Source: Geosiphon pyriformis uo1 (taxonomy: Eukaryota; Fungi; Glomeromycota). Taken from it: a stretch of 64,000 nucleotides of DNA. The position numbers and the translations under genes were made by a program. Positions 37,488-49,636 of the stretch are shown one piece after another. Numbering within the stretch: the first letter of the stretch is position 1; the number at the start of each line of letters is the position of its first letter. The notes under the pieces were generated by a model, which saw nothing but the letters and a program-made list of their open reading frames with translations, did not search any database and was not told the DNA's origin. The stretch spans positions 264,046 to 328,045 of the forward strand of contig JAAOMT010000519.1 of assembly GCA_016748015.1 (NCBI GenBank), written 5' to 3'.

Positions 37488-40400
37488 CTGTGCATTATCA
37501 ATCTAGATTCAAATTGCCAAATTTCTTTTTACTTGGCCAAAATTACCTTTTTGAATTCTAAAATCCAAAGTTAATCCTACTTCAACTGTAAAATTTTTTT
37601 GAAAGAAATAAAACATTGAAGACTGCTTAATCCACATGAATTACTTTCCCCAATAATATAGCAATTAGTTAATCCAAAAAATATCAAACACTTTTAATAA
37701 GGAAAAGTTAGTTTTTTGAACCAAATAATTGCCGTTTGACGAACAAACTTAAATCCTCGCTGATGTTTAACGAGGGATATTTCAGAGAAAAGCTAAACTT
37801 GAAAATTTTGTGATATATTTTTTCCTTGTTAAAAATCAACAATAGTCGTTTCAGTATTTGCCAAGGCTTCAATTTAAAAATACTATTGAAAACATGCTAG
37901 AAATGGTGTGTGTGTATAATTGAGACCAAAAAGTAGACATCAGAATGTGATACTAATTAGATTCTCTAAACTAAATTGGAATTTATTTAAACCTTAATTT
38001 TTTTGTGATTGCTATCAAAGACTTAAACCACAAGAATTGTAATGGTTTTATATCCCTTAGCAAACTTTATCAGTATAAATTTAAGCAAAGCTCATAAGAT
38101 CTTGATTAAAATACTATTTTATAATTTTTCTCGTGCTCAATACCTAGCTCCAAAATATTTGGTCTGAATTTTACAATCTAAATTTAGGTTTGGTTTCAAC
38201 AATAAAAAAGGGCCACTATTGCTTCCTAATTAAAATGAAAGAACTTACCCAAAATTTTTAAAATGATTTTTCAAAATAAATAGAAGGTTTCTTAGAAAAG
38301 TTATAATTTAACACTGAATTCTCTTAAAATAACAGCAACAAAATCAAATTTTGGGATCCACAACTAGGGATAAATTTTTGAGCAAACAATTGTGGAAGTT
38401 ACGATACATGTATTTTCGAACTAACAACAACAGTGGAAATACTAATCGGGCAAAAATCAAGGGCTTAGACATCAATAAAAAACCTAAATGCCGAAAAATA
38501 ATAAAATAACAGGTTATTGAAAAAATCAAAATAAGTCAATTTGTGACCTCACATGACCGCCTATTTTTCTGCTTTTGTGCTTTTATGTCCCATTCACGTT
38601 ATCAACCCGTCTCTTTTGCGTTTCACGCCCTTTAACAGTCGCAACGTTAAACATGATTTCTTAAGGTGTTCACAATCGAAATCTGACATTATCAAGGGCC
38701 ATATAAAAGCTATCAAAGATTTAAGGTTCCTTTTCCGTGACATGAATGATGGCTCTGGTAACTACAAAGTACTTTTGATTACTAAAGATATAGAAAAAAT
38801 AGTAAGGTATTAAAATCTCCACCAAGTCCATGCCCAATAAACACAATATTCGAAAAACTATTGATTAAAGTGTCCTTCAAGTGCTGCCGAATGACAGTTC
38901 TACTTCTTTAAGCAATTGTGAATCAACACGTTCATTCGTCTAAGGTAAATTTAGCTGCACTAATGTTGAATTTTTCGAACTCCATTCTTGCCTTGTTAAT
39001 TTCTTTTGTGTAAAAGAGAAATTATTGATGTTATTTTGGTGGAAAAAAAAGGTATACCATTCATGAAAATCAAAGATCTGAATTGGAGAACCTTGATTTA
39101 TATCTAATTTTTGAGCGAATTTAATATTTTTTAAATCTATTAAATTTTTTTGATATCTATGCATCCAAAAATAAATATCAATAGCATGAAAGTTGCCATT
39201 ATAATTTTAGATCTGCTTTGAAGATTGAGTTTAAACTGCATTTCAATTTAAAATAAAATTCAATTATAGCTAATTTTTAAAGGATGAAGACAATGTGAGA
39301 GATGGAATATAACCGAGATGGTTTATATAATAACCAAAATGTATGTATTCTCTACAAAATTTTGGGAAACAAAATCCGATGAATTTATTATTTATTAATT
39401 TGACATACACCTATGATTTTGACACTCTCAAATCGTGTTCAGCCTCGAAATTTCACTCAAACTATACAGATAAGTCTAACTGATTCATTTCAAAAGATAA
39501 AAAGGGGATAGCTGTCTGAATATGATTCGAGACTGCCAAGATCATATGTGTCTTTCAAATTAATGAACTAATAGGTTTTCTTTTGGCATTAAAAGTCTCA
39601 GAATTAATGAAGTATCTCTTATAATTCTCAATTATATTTTAAAAAATAATAAATAAATAAATAAATGCAGTGGATTTTGTTTCCTAAATGTCTCTGGAAA
39701 ATAAACACTTTGCTTGTTAAATAAACAATCTTAATGATATATTCTATATCTTACATGATTTTCATCTTTCAAGAATTGTTTCTTTATTCTCTATAGACAT
39801 TTAGGAAATAAAATTCAATGTATAAATTTATTTATTTGTTTCTTTAAATATTTCTGGGAATTACAAGAAATGTTCCATCAATTTTGAGATTTTAAGGGTT
39901 TTCCACAAATAAGATTTTTATCAAAAGAGGATTCGATAAACAATAATTGAGTTGACATTATACAATATTCACTGAAATTTCTGAAAATTCTAAAGAAATT
40001 TTCTTAATGTGTTTTATAATATGTATTTGAATTTTTGCTTTTATATTATTAAACATGAAGTTGATATACTAACCCTAAAATTAGATATATTCAGTCATTT
40101 GCTGGACAAAGCATATCTTGACTAATGTTATTAAACCTATAAAAAAGGATAATTAATAAAACATTTTAATTCAAATAATTTAGTATTTTTAATCGGATTT
40201 CAAAATATATTTCAAGTTAGCACAATCTCTAACTGAGAAATTTTTCGCTTGCTTCAAAGAGTAACATAACACTTATTGAAATTTAGGACGATACCTTTGT
40301 ACACATAAAGAAATTGGTAAAGAAAAAAAATGAATTTTTAAAGTTTTGTTTTGTTTTGTTTAAATATTGTTAATACAAGAAATATCATTTCGTGCAATTC

Positions 40401-42199
40401 AATAAAAAATTTTATTTATTTTAATTTAATAAAAATAATCAAGTATTTAAAGTGTAATGTAATTAGCACTTCCAATTACTTATTTTTATGTACAGCTGAT
40501 TTAGAAATTAAGAATAAAGTGGTAAGTAGAGTTTGGGCATTTAAAAGTCAGTAACAGAAGCTTTTTACAATAAATCAATAGTTATATAATAATTAGGAAA
40601 TCTGATGCCAAAATGCAAAGATAAAGATGGAGAGATTAATATTATTTTTATATAATATTAATTAAAATTTTTGTTTTTTGGGAAGTAATATAAAAAAGTA
40701 TTGGGAATTTTTAAAAAACATTAAATTAGTGTAATTGAAAATTGCTAATCTTGTTAAAAAAAATTGATAATAGTTATTATAAGAAAATTTGAATATTTTG
40801 AACAAAATTTAGAATTAATATAAAAAAAGCAGATATAATTAGAACTAATGACTTAAATACATTAAGAAAAACAAAAGTTTTAAATAAAAACTTTAATAAA
40901 TTTGTAATTATATTGTGAGTTTTAAAGGTTTAAAAAATTTTATATATATTATATATTATATAGTATTTTTAAGATTATAAAGTCTTAATAGCTTTGCTTT
41001 AATTTATTGTTTTGTCTAGCTAATTAGTGTAATCTTAACTGTTTTAAATAGTTGTTAATATATAAAAAACACATAAGTTGCTTTTAATATGTAATATTTT
41101 TGGTTACATATTTTCAAATTATAGTTGAATTACATTTAGTTAACACATTAATAAAAAACAAAGTATAATCCAATTACTACTAAATTTATAAACAAAAAAT
41201 ATTGCGCATTAAAAACAATATATATGTTAATTATATGTGACCAATGCAATTTTAAATTGAAAAGCTTAAAACTTAAAGTTTTATATTTACTAAAATACCA
41301 TAACTTATAATACTTTCAATAAATAACCCAATATTAAAATTAAGAAAAATATACAAAAATCCAGTTATTTTAATGAAAATCAACCAATAAATATTTTACC
41401 AACAATGACGCAGAAATAAAATCAGTAAAATATTATAAAAACAATTCTAATTTTTGCTACTAAGTATATAAACTAAAATCAAATTAAAAAATTGTCTTAG
41501 AAATATTACTTAGATTATTACCGGTTAGCAAAAATTAACATTAAAGGAGAAATAATAGATGTTGCATGTACAAAAAACATTAAAATAATGCTTCAGAATG
41601 AAATAAAAAAGCGATTTATTGTTGGACCAATTAAAAAATATACCCAAGCTATCTATTTATTTCTAATCCAAATTCCGCATTTACAATTGGTTCAAAAACG
41701 TAAAAAACTATGTATTAGTAAACATAGAATTCAGAGGTTTGATTTCATAGATTGCTTTACTATATTAGTAAATACATAAAAATTTTACCAAATTTAAACT
41801 TCTTTAAACTATTATAATTCCAACTTTTGGAATACATCAAGAAGCTTATATTTGTCTCAAACCCAATTACTACTCATCAAAATTTTGAATTCAATAAACA
41901 GATATGCCAAAAAAATTGATTTACTATTTTTAATATTTTTATTTTCAAAGGTTCAAAAAAGTCAGAATAGTATTTTTTAATCCTAATAGTTATTCAGTTA
42001 TTTTATTTAATAAATTAAATATTAAAATTATACATTACAATATTTTTTAACATAAATTACTCCAATGTATTCCTAATTTTACAAAAATTATTGAATATTT
42101 ACTTTTAAAACCAATCACTTTTTCCACATCCAAGATTTATTATTGCCAAACAGAAAAACTTTCTTGAATTAATATAAAAAGCTAGAAATGCACTAACAG

Positions 42200-43850
42200 A
42201 GACAACTTAAATAGCTCTTAACCAAAATTTTGAATATCTTTGCACAAGATAATAATAATTTTAAAAAAATTGGTATTGTTAAACATAGCATATACACAGA
42301 AATGCTTAATAATTTAGACAATAAACATACAGAGTTTCAATAACCAGCCACCAATTTATTCGAAAAGAAGTCCAAAAAATGTCAACAATAATCTTATGAA
42401 AAAATACTTATCTTTTGTCCAAAATTAATAATATGTTGAAAAATCTAAATGGTTCTTAATCTTAGATTTGACCAGTAGCTATTAACAAGTTGAATAAGTC
42501 TTAAGAACCAGAAAAAACAGCATTGACTACCCAAGAAAAAAATTATGAATTTACCAATACACTAGCAATATTTTAATGATTAATAAATATTATACTCTAA
42601 ATTATTATAAAAGTCAATAGGTGTGTATTTGGATAACACTGACATTTTTTATTAATATTTAAAGCTTATTTACAATATCTGCAAAAAGTTTTCAAAAATT
42701 ATGAAAAGCAGGTTAAAATTAAATATTAAAAAATACCCTTTTTATCAAAAAAGTTTAGTATTTTTGACCACATTATTAGCCAGCATAAAGTCAAACCAAA
42801 TCCTGGTAAAATTGAAAAAATACAAAGCTTTTTAGTACTTTAAAACACACCTGAGCTTAGAGAATTTTTAGAATTAGTTTCATATTACCGAAAATTTTCA
42901 GCTATTGCAAATCCTCTTAGTTATTTGCTCAACAAAAATTTTAAGTGAATCTCTGAACAACAAAAATTTTCAAACCAGTTGATAACAGCTTTAATCTATT
43001 TTATACTTATTTTAACAAAAAATTTTACTCGTTAACGAATGCATTTTACCCAAAATTTGGTGCTATTTTGTTTCAATTAGATGACAATAAAAAATAAAGT
43101 TGCAGTATATGTCAGCATAATCCGAAAAACAATCAAAAAAATTATGGTGTATTAAATGCAAAACAGCAGCTCTTATATGAGTCTTTAAACATTTTTACCA
43201 ATATTTTCTTAAAAAATAGTTTAACGTATTTATTACAATATTGGACTTAAATAACTTGCCAACACAGCTGAATTAAATTTAAAACAAGCCAATTAAAATA
43301 AATTCTTAACCAACTTTAATTATTTTATTATAAATCAGAAAAGTTTTATACCAATATTAATAGAGTTTTTAGCATATTTGCAATCAACTCTAAAACAAAA
43401 TCAATAAATTCAGAAAACGTTAACACTTATTATATTGATAAAACTGATATTAAGTAAAAAACATTTTTTCAACAACTAAGTAAAACAATGTTCTTTATTA
43501 TCAAAATTTTAAAGACCCAAATAATTTATTTAGAGTAATTCGAAAACCAGAAAAAGAAGCAATTCTTTACAACATGCATTTAGATTTATTATTAAACATT
43601 TTGGAGAAAAAACAATACAATTCAAAGAACTTCTTAACATTATTTTTGGTCTTAAATACAAAAACACATTAGATAATATGTTAAAATCTGTAACAATTGT
43701 CAAACAAGAGAAGAAACCAAATCAACAGAATTTTTAAATTTAATCAAAGTTGAATAATTATTTTAGAATTAATTTAATTGAACTTCCACTTATTACAACT
43801 AAAAAACCTAATACATTGTAGTAACACTAGATTATTTTAAGAAATTTCGA
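42200..43850 (+). mobile_element. Degenerate Ty3/Gypsy LTR-retrotransposon pol relic (RT-RNaseH-integrase)
   Basis: Collinear decayed motifs: YLLSKINNML, KWFLILDLTSSY*QVE (about 42450-42495), EKTALTT..YEF, VYLDN (about 42624), KPNPGKIEKI, FLELVSYYRKF (about 42870), FGAILFQ, KNYG, then integrase H..HFGEK..YFW..CNNCQ (about 43690). RT-RH-IN order is Gypsy-type; LTRs not recognised; boundaries approximate. Confidence 0.85.
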
Positions 43851-44690
43851 ATGCGTTGTTTTAATTCTATTTGCTATTTGAATATTGAAATGAAAGTTTT
43901 AAATATTTTTTAAATCAAAATAATATTTAAAAGTTTTATTTTTATTTATATTAGCAAAAAATTATTAGGCAATTCTTTTAACAGCTTTACCAACAGTTTT
44001 TTAAATAAATCAGATAAATAAAAACTTAAAATTATTATCATATTGATTAACTGTAATAGCTTAAAAAAAAGCAAATATGTAATGTTTTAAAAAGTTAATA
44101 CTATGTTGTTATTTAGATTGATGGTCATTACATCAAAAATAACAGTGTTAAAAAAGTGCTTAATTTGTTTAAAAGATTGTTTGTTTTAACTAAGTGGTGA
44201 ATAGCGAATTTAATAATTTAAACTTAGAAAACAATTGATTAAAAGTAATTAAATAAATTAATTGGTTAATACAATTGTTTTTTATAAGCATTATTAAAAT
44301 AAATTTTTGTTAAATGTTTGTTAAAAACCATGGTTAAAAATTTTTTCCAACAAAGAAACAAATTAAATCTGAAAAAAAATCGATTTCAATATAATTAAGA
44401 TTGTTTACAAAATGGTAAATAAATTAAATTTTGAAACATTACAAAAAGCATTATTTTTATGTTCTAAGTTAGAATAACATGTTAGTTGTTTTTCAATAAT
44501 TATTTTTTCAATAATAAAAATAAAAAAAAGAGAAAAAATTGTAATTTTTTGTTTTAAAATATTCAAATTAAAGAAAATTAAGGTATAAAAATAATAATAA
44601 GAAATTAGCATGCTAATACTTAAATAGTCAAATGTTTTTTATAACTTTAAAAATTTTTGCTTATATGTCTTTTAAAAGAAATGAATAATC

Positions 44691-44790
44691 AAGTTAATAA
44701 TCAAATCAACAATTAAGTCAATAAACAAGTTAATAACTAAGTTAACAATTAAGTTATTAATCAGATTAATGATTAAGTCAACAATTAATT
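44691..44790. repeat. Degenerate 12-bp tandem array; related inverted array at about 34461-34537
   Basis: About 8 units such as AAGTTAATAATC, AAGTCAATAAAC and AAGTTAACAATT. Confidence 0.55.
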
Positions 44791-46808
44791 TTAAAATTAA
44801 AACGGCTAATACATAAATAAATATATTAAAAATAAGTATTATCAAAGAAAATAGAAAAATTGAACTGTAATAATATATAAAATAAATAAAAAATACCAGT
44901 AATTTATTGTATTACAATTTGTTTTAATAATAAACCTGTTTTTACAAAATTGAATAAAATATTTAAAAAAATCACTTTTTTTTGATTTATAAGGCTAATA
45001 AGTGAATTTAACTATGTAATTCATACTTCATTATTGACCAAAGTTTTTTATAAAATTTAAATTGAGACTATAGGTGGTTTAAAATATTTATTTTTTTTGT
45101 AATAAAAATTTTTGTCATATGAACTGGGACATAGTCTTGTTAAAGTTTTTTTTCCAAAAAAATCTGAATGACAAAATTAGATGTTTTTTAATAGCTTAGC
45201 TTAAATGTACAATAAAAAAACTCTTGCTTAATCATTTTTATGAATTAAAACAAAATAACAAATTAATGTTGTGAATAAATTAAAATAAGATTTAAAAATT
45301 ATTTTTGATTCAACTTTCATTTGTAATAACAGAAAATATTTTTATTTTGAACAATTAAAAATTCGAATTATTTACATGAAAATGTGCTAAAAATTTGTAG
45401 CAAACCAGTTTGTCTTTTAAAAAGTTTTTTGAATTGATGTGCCTTTTATACATATTAGACCAAAAACAAAAAAAGTTTGAAATTATTAAAATTTTACTAT
45501 TTGTTGGTCTTAGTTTTTTGGCATATTACTGTGGAATTCACAAATACATTTTATATTAATGCAATTTTTTATAATTATCTATAATGGTTATGAAAAATGC
45601 CGCAAAAGATTGTTTTAAAATGAGTTGACTATTTTTAGTTAAATTTACAAGTTTTTTAAAAAAATTATCCTATAAATTTGAGAATTTTAAAACTTCAAAT
45701 TTCTTAATCAAATAGAAAACTTAATCCTACAAAACTCTATATTATTGAAAGCACAAATTTTATAAAACACAAAAGACTCATTAATTAACAAATATATCAA
45801 AAATGAACCTATATAAAAATATTAATAAAATTAAAAAACGAGAATATATAACATAAAAGAGATAATGTTCTGCAAAAATAATACCACTTAATAATTCTTA
45901 TAAAATTGTTCAATATATTCACAATTTATACGAAATTAATTGCGAAATTCAATTAAAACAAGAACTAAGATTTTATGTATAACAGTTTCAAGGCATTTAA
46001 TTAAACATAAACATAAAAATGGTTTATTACTTGAAACATTTTTGCCTATTTTGGTTCAAGAAATTTTGTTACAAAGATCTGTTTTTATTTAAATAATAAT
46101 TCAATTATTCTAAAACATTATTAAACATTAATATAAAAATTCCCAATTAATTTGTCCAATACCAACTTATTTTTATAGTATATTGAGTGCCCAATATTTC
46201 TTATATCATTTTTTATTATATCATTAATAAATTCAATAAAAATATTTTTAAAAAATAATTTAAATGAAAACATGATATAAAAATTAAATTTGACCAATCT
46301 TAAAAATTAAATTAGGTAAAATTATTTTTTCAAACTATAAATAAGTTTTGTACTTATTACTAATTTTAAAAAAGTTTTTTCAACATGCAGAAAAATAAAT
46401 TTTTGAAAAAATATTTAATTAAAATAAAGCAAAGTCAAGACATGAAATTGTAGCATTTTTTTTACACATTTAGAGAAAATTTAAATCCTGAACATAATTG
46501 TTGTTGCTATGGGAGAATTTTATTTAAACAAAAAATTTTCATTTATCGTCAAAAAGTTTCGCTATACATTTAAAATGAAATTTCCCAAAATAGTTAAAGC
46601 ATGTATGAATTACTTCTCTGGTATAAAATGCGCATTCTTGAAGAAATGTAATAGCATAATAATACCTCCTGAATAAATTAGAGTCAGCGTCAGAAAGAAT
46701 CAAAGTAGAGCTAGATAGAATGCGCATCGATAAAAAAAGATGTAATGTCAGGGAATCATCTTTGTGAAGCATGTTTTATAAATTCTTATCTCGAAACATC
46801 AGTGTCTT

Positions 46809-47789
46809 TTATTTGCGTAGAGAACGAAATTCTGGAATTAAATAAACGATAAGCGATTCTAGTACAGCTACTCGCTCTTCCATTTGCCATAAATTAATCG
46901 GGTCATTAATTGGTAGAGCAGTAGGAGTTTCTGGACAGATGAAGGTGTTTATAGGATTTTGAGAATGAGTCATATCTTGAAATTGGTAATCATCCTTCGA
47001 AATTGGGTCCTCGGTGACATTTAGATATGATTGGTTGCTCATTGGAAGTAGATTGGCACCTGATTCAAAATTTACTTGCCCAAAAGGTTTATTTATAGTT
47101 TCTGTCGGAAAGTATTGTGAAACTACACTCGTATCATCCGGAGGAGTTGGGAATCCAAAAGAGAGATCTATCGGTTGTTCCGTGACACATTGAGAGACAA
47201 GCACATTTTCAGGTGAGTTATGATTGAAATCAATCGGTGAATTTAGGGAGGGCGAGTGCAACAGTGGCAATCTTTCGGGGAAATTAATATCCTTTCCATG
47301 TGGAAATGATCCATTGTTTTGTGGTTTATTTGATGTTAAATCACTGGATCGTAGGGATGAAAAATCTGAACAAAATTCGAAGGAATTTGAGGATAAATTC
47401 TGGTATGGTGATGAGAATTGGAAGATAGTTGATGATTCTCTCTTTAAAATTTGATGATTAAAGTAATCAAGTGTATCCTTATCCTTATTGCCTGATAAGG
47501 TTTCCTCTCTTTGCTGCTGCAATAGAGATTCTGAACCATATATAGGATTATGATAAAAATTTTTGCGATATCCCGAATTAGCTCTCCAAGGATTTGTTGC
47601 AAAATTTGAAGATACTCTCATTCTCGTGTTTTCTGTTTTGGATTTTTTTTTAATTGGAATGAAAATCTTTTTATTGGTTTCCCTTTTCCTTAAATTTCTC
47701 ATATTAGAAATGGGTGAAGAAAATGAAGAATTTTTTGACGAACAAATTTCATTCAATTTTAATTGTTCTTTTGAAGTGTTATTCGACAT
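46809..47789 (-). CDS. Hypothetical, probably nuclear, Ser/Pro/Asn-rich protein, about 326 aa
   Basis: Uninterrupted 1-kb ORF in AT-rich surroundings; first ATG at 47789; basic RKRETNKKIFIPIKKKSK; C-terminal amphipathic MEERVAVLESLI. Confidence 0.7.
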   Translation of the reverse strand: MSNNTSKEQLKLNEICSSKNSSFSSPISNMRNLRKRETNKKIFIPIKKKSKTENTRMRVSSNFATNPWRANSGYRKNFYHNPIYGSESLLQQQREETLSGNKDKDTLDYFNHQILKRESSTIFQFSSPYQNLSSNSFEFCSDFSSLRSSDLTSNKPQNNGSFPHGKDINFPERLPLLHSPSLNSPIDFNHNSPENVLVSQCVTEQPIDLSFGFPTPPDDTSVVSQYFPTETINKPFGQVNFESGANLLPMSNQSYLNVTEDPISKDDYQFQDMTHSQNPINTFICPETPTALPINDPINLWQMEERVAVLESLIVYLIPEFRSLRK

Positions 47790-49416
47790 TACTAATTGTA
47801 CCAAAAAAATTGAAAAGGGCTTTTAAATATTGGTTTAATTATATTCAGAACAAATGATCGTGGGTGCCTAACTATTTTTAAATCCGTGAGATGTTTTAAT
47901 GCAGTGAAACAATAATTGTTTCTCACAGCGAAAAATAACTTGTGAGAGCGAAATTAATTACTTAAATTAATAAAAAAACCTAAATTCGATGTATAACAAA
48001 CATCAAGCATCCATGAGATCTTGGATTAAAATTCAAAAAGTCCTTGCTTGTAAAAAAAAAACGATCCATAGAAATGGATTAAATATCAAATCATTTTGAA
48101 TCGATTTCAAAATTATTATTTCGAAACTTCTAGAATTATTATTATTATTTATTGTAAATTTAAAGCTTCCGGTTATTATCGGTGGAAAAATTTTCCTGCT
48201 AAAAAATCTAAAAATTTAGAAATTTCTATTTTAGTATATGATTTATTATTATTAAAAAAACTTAAAAGTCAGGTCATGATGAGCACTACAGGTAAAATAA
48301 GTTGTTGAATCTAATTTATTTAACCAGCATGTATTTTTTGTTTGTATACAATAAACCTTTTGTATAATTTTAAAAAGTCCCCATATCGGTTAATGAATTG
48401 TGTGAGTTTAAAGTTTAACTTGAAACCTTATTAGATTTATATATTCATTTTCTTTTGGAAGGTTTAATTCTATCGAATTATAAATTATTGAACTACAAAC
48501 AACAGCCCAGACACTTTTGCCTGGATTTTCGGTTTGAAAATATTTGTGGACCAACATACATATATTTACTAATATCGATATACACAAAAACTTTGCCACA
48601 ATTTTTATAGGCCAAGTTTTTAAATCCATCATAAACTAATAAATCCTACGTTCAGATTAATAATCAAACTTTTACAACAATTTTGAACAAAATACTTTTA
48701 TTTAATATGTCATAAATTTTCTTCCAACAATTTCTAAAGAAAAATTTTTAGACTGAATTTGACTTTCTTCCTAAATTATAGATTTAAGAAATGTACTCAA
48801 TTATGGTATCGATACAAAGGTATGACGAAATGTTTTCTGTATTAAAAATCATTTTGAGGCAAGAGAAATCAATTCCAAATATTTTTATCTCGCTGTTTTT
48901 TTCTGACGCAATTTCTTTATCGATAAAATTTTATTAATAAAATTTGAACTTTTTAGATTTTTAAACAAATGTCTAGTCATTTTAAATGGAACTCTAAGCT
49001 TATTAAACTTTCACTCATGTATGGTGATATCATTAAGAAGAAATCGATCCTTAACCATCAAGTTGGGAGTTGAGTTATCTAATTTTATTTGCATTACCAG
49101 AATTGGTTAAGGACTTGTCATTCCATTAATATAAGGGATTGACGTTTCGATTTTGGCACCTGTTTTGACTCTTTAAATTTTAATTTCCCTAATGAAAATG
49201 TAAGAAAAGGTTAGCTTTGAATTCTTACATTTAGATAACCTTCTAAGAAATTGTATTTTGTCAATGTAGAAAGAGATATCAACACGATGAAGCTCAAAAA
49301 AAAATTATTTGTTTTATGCTATACAAAGTTCTCACGCCTAGTAACGATTAGCGTTTTAGCCTTGTTTAAATCGCTTAATTAGATGGTATTTTGTAAAGAG
49401 ACATCACATTTAATCT

Positions 49417-49636
49417 ATTTTTTACCATTTATATAGAATGACCAAACATTGAATGTCAAAAATTAAACCCAAGGCATTAAAATGAATTAAATATGGTTCT
49501 AGTTCCTTGTCAAAGCTTCTGTTTTTTTTTTACCATTTATTCAGAATTAACAAACATTGAATATCGAAAATTAGATTCAAGACATTAAAATGAATTAAAT
49601 ATAGTTCTAGTTCCTTGTCAAAGGTTCTATTTTTTT
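49417..49636. repeat. Tandem duplication, 2 copies of about 109 bp
   Basis: TTTTTACCATTTAT...CATTAAAATGAATTAAATATrGTTCTAGTTCCTTGTCAAAG occurs twice with scattered substitutions. Confidence 0.9.

Noticed and set aside
38553-39330. ORF 38553..38813 with a TATAAAAG-like site nearby
   Set aside because: No domain and no consistent exon chain could be built.
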